Both the position numbers and the translations under genes were made by a program. The notes beneath the pieces were generated by a model, which saw nothing but the letters and a program-made list of their open reading frames with translations, ran no database searches and was not told the DNA's origin. Below, piece after piece: positions 41,466-45,070 of a DNA stretch of 45,070 bases; the stretch's first letter is position 1, and every line of letters starts with the position of its first letter. The stretch lies in the NCBI GenBank assembly GCA_003344405.1, contig NOWV01000019.1, positions 806,001-851,070 on the forward strand, read 5' to 3'. This DNA comes from Trichoplax sp. H2 (Eukaryota).

Positions 41466-42605
41466 CTGACCAACTTATTTGCATTGCATGCGATTGACGA
41501 AACGTGTGTGAAAAAAATGAATAAGTGCATACGCGTATGCTGTACAGTACAGTACAATAATTTTAAGTCATGAGCGACTTGCAGCAGCCTACCTCGTCTA
41601 CCAAAAAAATGTTATTTAGTCCTAAAGCTAAGATGCTTCCATGGTTGATAGTTGCACAGCCTACCATAACATGGACTAAATGCTAAAAAGTTACGCACTG
41701 TCTTGAACTATTTCTTGTAGTCCATGATACTGTACATACTGTATTTGTTGTGAAAGCTTAATACAATAGTCCCTGGTATAAAATATTTTGTACCTTTGTG
41801 GGGCAGTTCAAAAATGCCAAATTGAAAAGGACGCCAGATACAGTGCTTTGTACTGTACATTCTATTATCAGTACTGTACTGTACTGTACTGTATTTAAAT
41901 CATGATGGGCGCTACGGTAGTAGTACAGGAGAGGTGATACATGACGTCACTTCTGAGAGACTGACGTCATCTTAACGTCATTGATGAATAAGAATTCTAG
42001 ATGCGACTCTCGTCCAAGGAGAAGGTGATCATTTTGCTGGTCATTTCACTGTAACGTACTGTACAAAATCAATACGCCAGGCAGAAGAGCGTATAGATTC
42101 ATTCTACGCATAGAATGAATGGAAGAAAGAAATGGTAAGTAAAATCGTTAGCCGACTGATTGCTACTAAATAGTTTGACTTCGTTCTCTTCTCTGTGCTC
42201 CCGCAGACGTACAGTACAGTACTGCACACTGCACAGCACCGTTCTGTACTGTACAGTACAGTACAGTACAGTACAGTACTGTTCTGTACGGTACTACTGT
42301 ACAGTATACAGTACAGTACGGTACTGTACAGTACATTGTATTGTTGTACTGTTCGTTGTACCGTACGATGTACTGTACACTGTACAGTAGAGTAACCTGT
42401 CAAATGCCAACCTGGCTTCATTCTCCGATCCTAGTTTTAATGAGCATCAAGGACTGATAGCGAACATTTTCTGTCGAAATTCTAACCAAAAGATCTACTT
42501 CTCTACTACTCACGATTCTACAGACTGTGCGTTTTATAAAGTCATCTATAGTGTTGAACTCAAAATCGACTATTGACTAAGTAGGTAGGTGATTGCTCAT
42601 CAGCC
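41466..42605. promoter_or_regulatory. Probable bidirectional promoter shared by RAD51C and FUNDC, with two perfect CRE palindromes
   Basis: Divergent start codons separated by 1140 bp. TGACGTCA at 41942-41949 and 41962-41969, plus a partial AACGTCA just downstream. Confidence 0.6.
42209..42389. repeat. (GTACA/GTACT)n pentanucleotide repeat in the RAD51C-FUNDC intergenic region
   Basis: Same unit as at 706-1540. Shorter patches at about 41540-41556, 41849-41893 and 42897-42950 (FUNDC intron 1). Confidence 0.9.
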
Positions 42606-43665
42606 ATGTCAGAAATTGTGCCAGCGGATTCCAACGATGATGATTATGCCATCAGTACCATCAACATCGGTTCAGTTGGATCTCAAGTTGCTGTTGGCGG
42701 TGTATCTGGATGGTAAGAATGACGTTCTAGCATGATCATTTCGAATTAATGATAGGACAAGGACAAATGCAGATTTACCACAGATTAACGTTGAATGGAT
42801 GCATTAGCATTTATAATATTGTGTCCGGTAGTGGAGCATTTCCTGATTCTATCCAATACTAAGAGCAAATACTCAAAATCAGCTTTCCGTCGCATTTACT
42901 GTACTGTACTGTACTGTAGTGTAGTAACTGTATTGTTCTGAACTGTACAGCGTACATGGGCAATTTGAAATGACCTGAAAGTTGATGGTGGACCAACGAT
43001 TACAGCTAAATGATACAGCCTTACATAGGCGAAACAAGAAGGCTTTTACTACTGTTCTCTCTAAGAATAACGCGACATCTCTACTGTAGATAATAAGGAA
43101 TAAATCACTTCATTATGACGTTGCATTGTTAATCAATTTTTGAACGTTCTTCAGGTGCATTGGACACGTTTGCAAGCGGGTTGGAATACTAGCCGCGACG
43201 ACGCTTGGGGGCGGATTGCTGGCTTTAAAGGTAGTAATTATGATGACTAATTCATAAAGCGTTTATAGATTTCTGTTTCTTGCAGCTCTATTACACATTT
43301 TTTGGCCTTCTATAAAACTAGATTGCATCGGATCGAGGATACATCAAAATTAACTGGGGTCGTGTTAACACTGATCTTCAGAGGGCAGCTGATCGGCTTA
43401 AGGAAGCAACAAATAATCAAGAAATAAGTTCTTCTCAAGCAATGGAAGAAATGAAAACAAAAGTATGCTATAAATGATGTATTCTTTCTGAATTGGACAT
43501 GGTGAAAGTAGCCTGCATGCCTAGTTATAATGTTATTACAATAAATGCCTGAGCCCTTACTCAATTTTCTCTGACTAATTATGACAGATACAAAAATTTA
43601 TCAAGTGCAATGCTGTTTTGACGGCAAGTTTTGGTGCTGGTATTTTAATTGGAATAACCTACTGA
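42606..43665 (+). CDS. FUNDC1: FUN14-domain mitochondrial outer membrane protein (FUNDC1/FUNDC2-like), 4 coding exons, about 133 aa
   Basis: Exons 42606-42712, 43155-43230, 43322-43462, 43588-43665 (402 nt, ends TGA). Translation includes SVGSQVAVGGVSGWCIGHVCKRVGILAATTLGGGLLALKIASDRGYIKINWGRV and C-terminal NAVLTASFGAGILIG, matching the FUN14 family. Missed by the ORF track because the exons are short. Confidence 0.9.
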
Positions 43666-45070
43666 ATTGGGTATTGTAAGGAAAGGGTGCTAGGATGTAG
43701 AATTTCAAGCACCAAAAGTTAAAATTGCTCTGCGATACTGTGGCAGACTTTTGTATTTGAAATCTTCATATATTGTATACAGAAATTTATTTATTTATAA
43801 TAATATCTATCGCGCTTAGACAATCTCTAAATTCAATAATATCATACTTTCAAAGTGTCTGATCAGTCTTCATTATGAAATCAAATTCTGAAACAAATCA
43901 GCGTTATATTGATGACTGTTAAAGCATGTTTACTATACTTCATCATTTTACACATCAAATGAAATCATGATTTACTGTTGTATATTGATTAAATATATAT
44001 AATATAACAGTAAAACTTTTCCATAGGTAAAGAATGTTTTTTCGGGTGCGGTTTTTCTATTTGTTAGCCTTTTGCTGACGGACTCATTGCATGCTGGTGT
44101 ATCGCTGGAATGTGTTGAAACTGATCAACGGCTTAACTCTGGTATGAATAATCCAGAACAAGTGTGCATTTTCTACAAATTCTATCCGTTTGATATCCTC
44201 CAATTCTGTATTTCGTCTCGCATCCATGCATTTTGATTTTCGCTATTTTACTAATGATTTTGCAGGTGAATAATAGTACAACTCGAAACTAAATCTACTT
44301 CTACATTTGGTAATTGAAGGAAAATTAATGATTAGAATTTTCGAAATCAGTGTTAATAATACAACAGAACGTTTGTTTAATAAATATCTGTATACTGATG
44401 ATCATCATGTAATACCAGATTTATTTGCTAAATGTGAACCAGCACCTTAAATACGTGATTGCAATAATAAATTTAATCAATGTATAGAGTGCATCCAACT
44501 GGAGAAGATATGGAGGCATTCAGTATCTGACATCAAACCGGAAAATAATAAATGCTGATTTTTTAGGTGGCGTATTGATATATATGAGGTTCGTAACACT
44601 GCTTGAGTCAAGTGATAAATCTCGTATAGCGTGCAACATAATTTAAGGTTTAATAGGAAAACTGTAACGTAACAGGATAAGGTAGATTTATAGTTAAAAT
44701 AAATCTGTAAGCATAAATCAGTGTATGTAATCGTAAGGTAAGACCGTATGAGTACAGAATGAAGGTAGAATGTAAGAGAAGGATTAACGTAAAATTATAT
44801 CAATCTTAAAAATTACCCAGAAGAACTACAAAAACTGTTCACATAATAACAAGCATTCGTTTCAATAGTAACAAATGAAGCATGCTTGTCCATGAGTTAC
44901 ACGTGTGAAATTACATTTTAGGTGAACATAAAATGTCTGCAATTGTGTACAACAAGCGTAATAGTACATATATGCAATAGATGCTTAATACATACTAACA
45001 AATCTAAATATATAATAGTTACCTACTATACTATCATATGCAATAAGTATATCTAGGTGTTCGAAAAAGT

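Noticed and set aside
42104..42421. Three overlapping ORFs between RAD51C and FUNDC
   Set aside because: Same pentamer-repeat artefact.

Overview
AT-rich eukaryotic (animal) genomic DNA with short GT-AG introns and three 20-N assembly gaps. The compact genes, intron positions shared with vertebrates and the homeobox content suggest an early-branching metazoan, most likely a placozoan such as Trichoplax (inference, not verified). Five spliced genes can be assembled by hand with consistent intron phases: a GH20 lysosomal beta-hexosaminidase (HEXA/HEXB-like, +, 1666-4765, 12 exons); the PRD-class homeobox gene orthopedia (otp, +, 16565-22201); the PRD-class homeobox gene homeobrain (hbn, +, 34941-37523); RAD51C (-, 39111-41465, 10 exons); and a FUN14-domain gene (FUNDC1/2-like, +, 42606-43665) head-to-head with RAD51C. 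otp and hbn look like a two-gene version of the ancient hbn-rx-otp (HRO) cluster; no rx is recognisable in the 12.7 kb between them. Main non-coding observations: a (GTACA/GTACT)n pentamer repeat concentrated at the promoters and first introns of the housekeeping genes; three copies of a 25-bp dyad element between otp and hbn; CRE palindromes in the bidirectional promoter; a possible alternative last exon for FUNDC; and gap-flanking duplications that are probably uncollapsed haplotypes. Most short ORFs in the supplied track are spurious.
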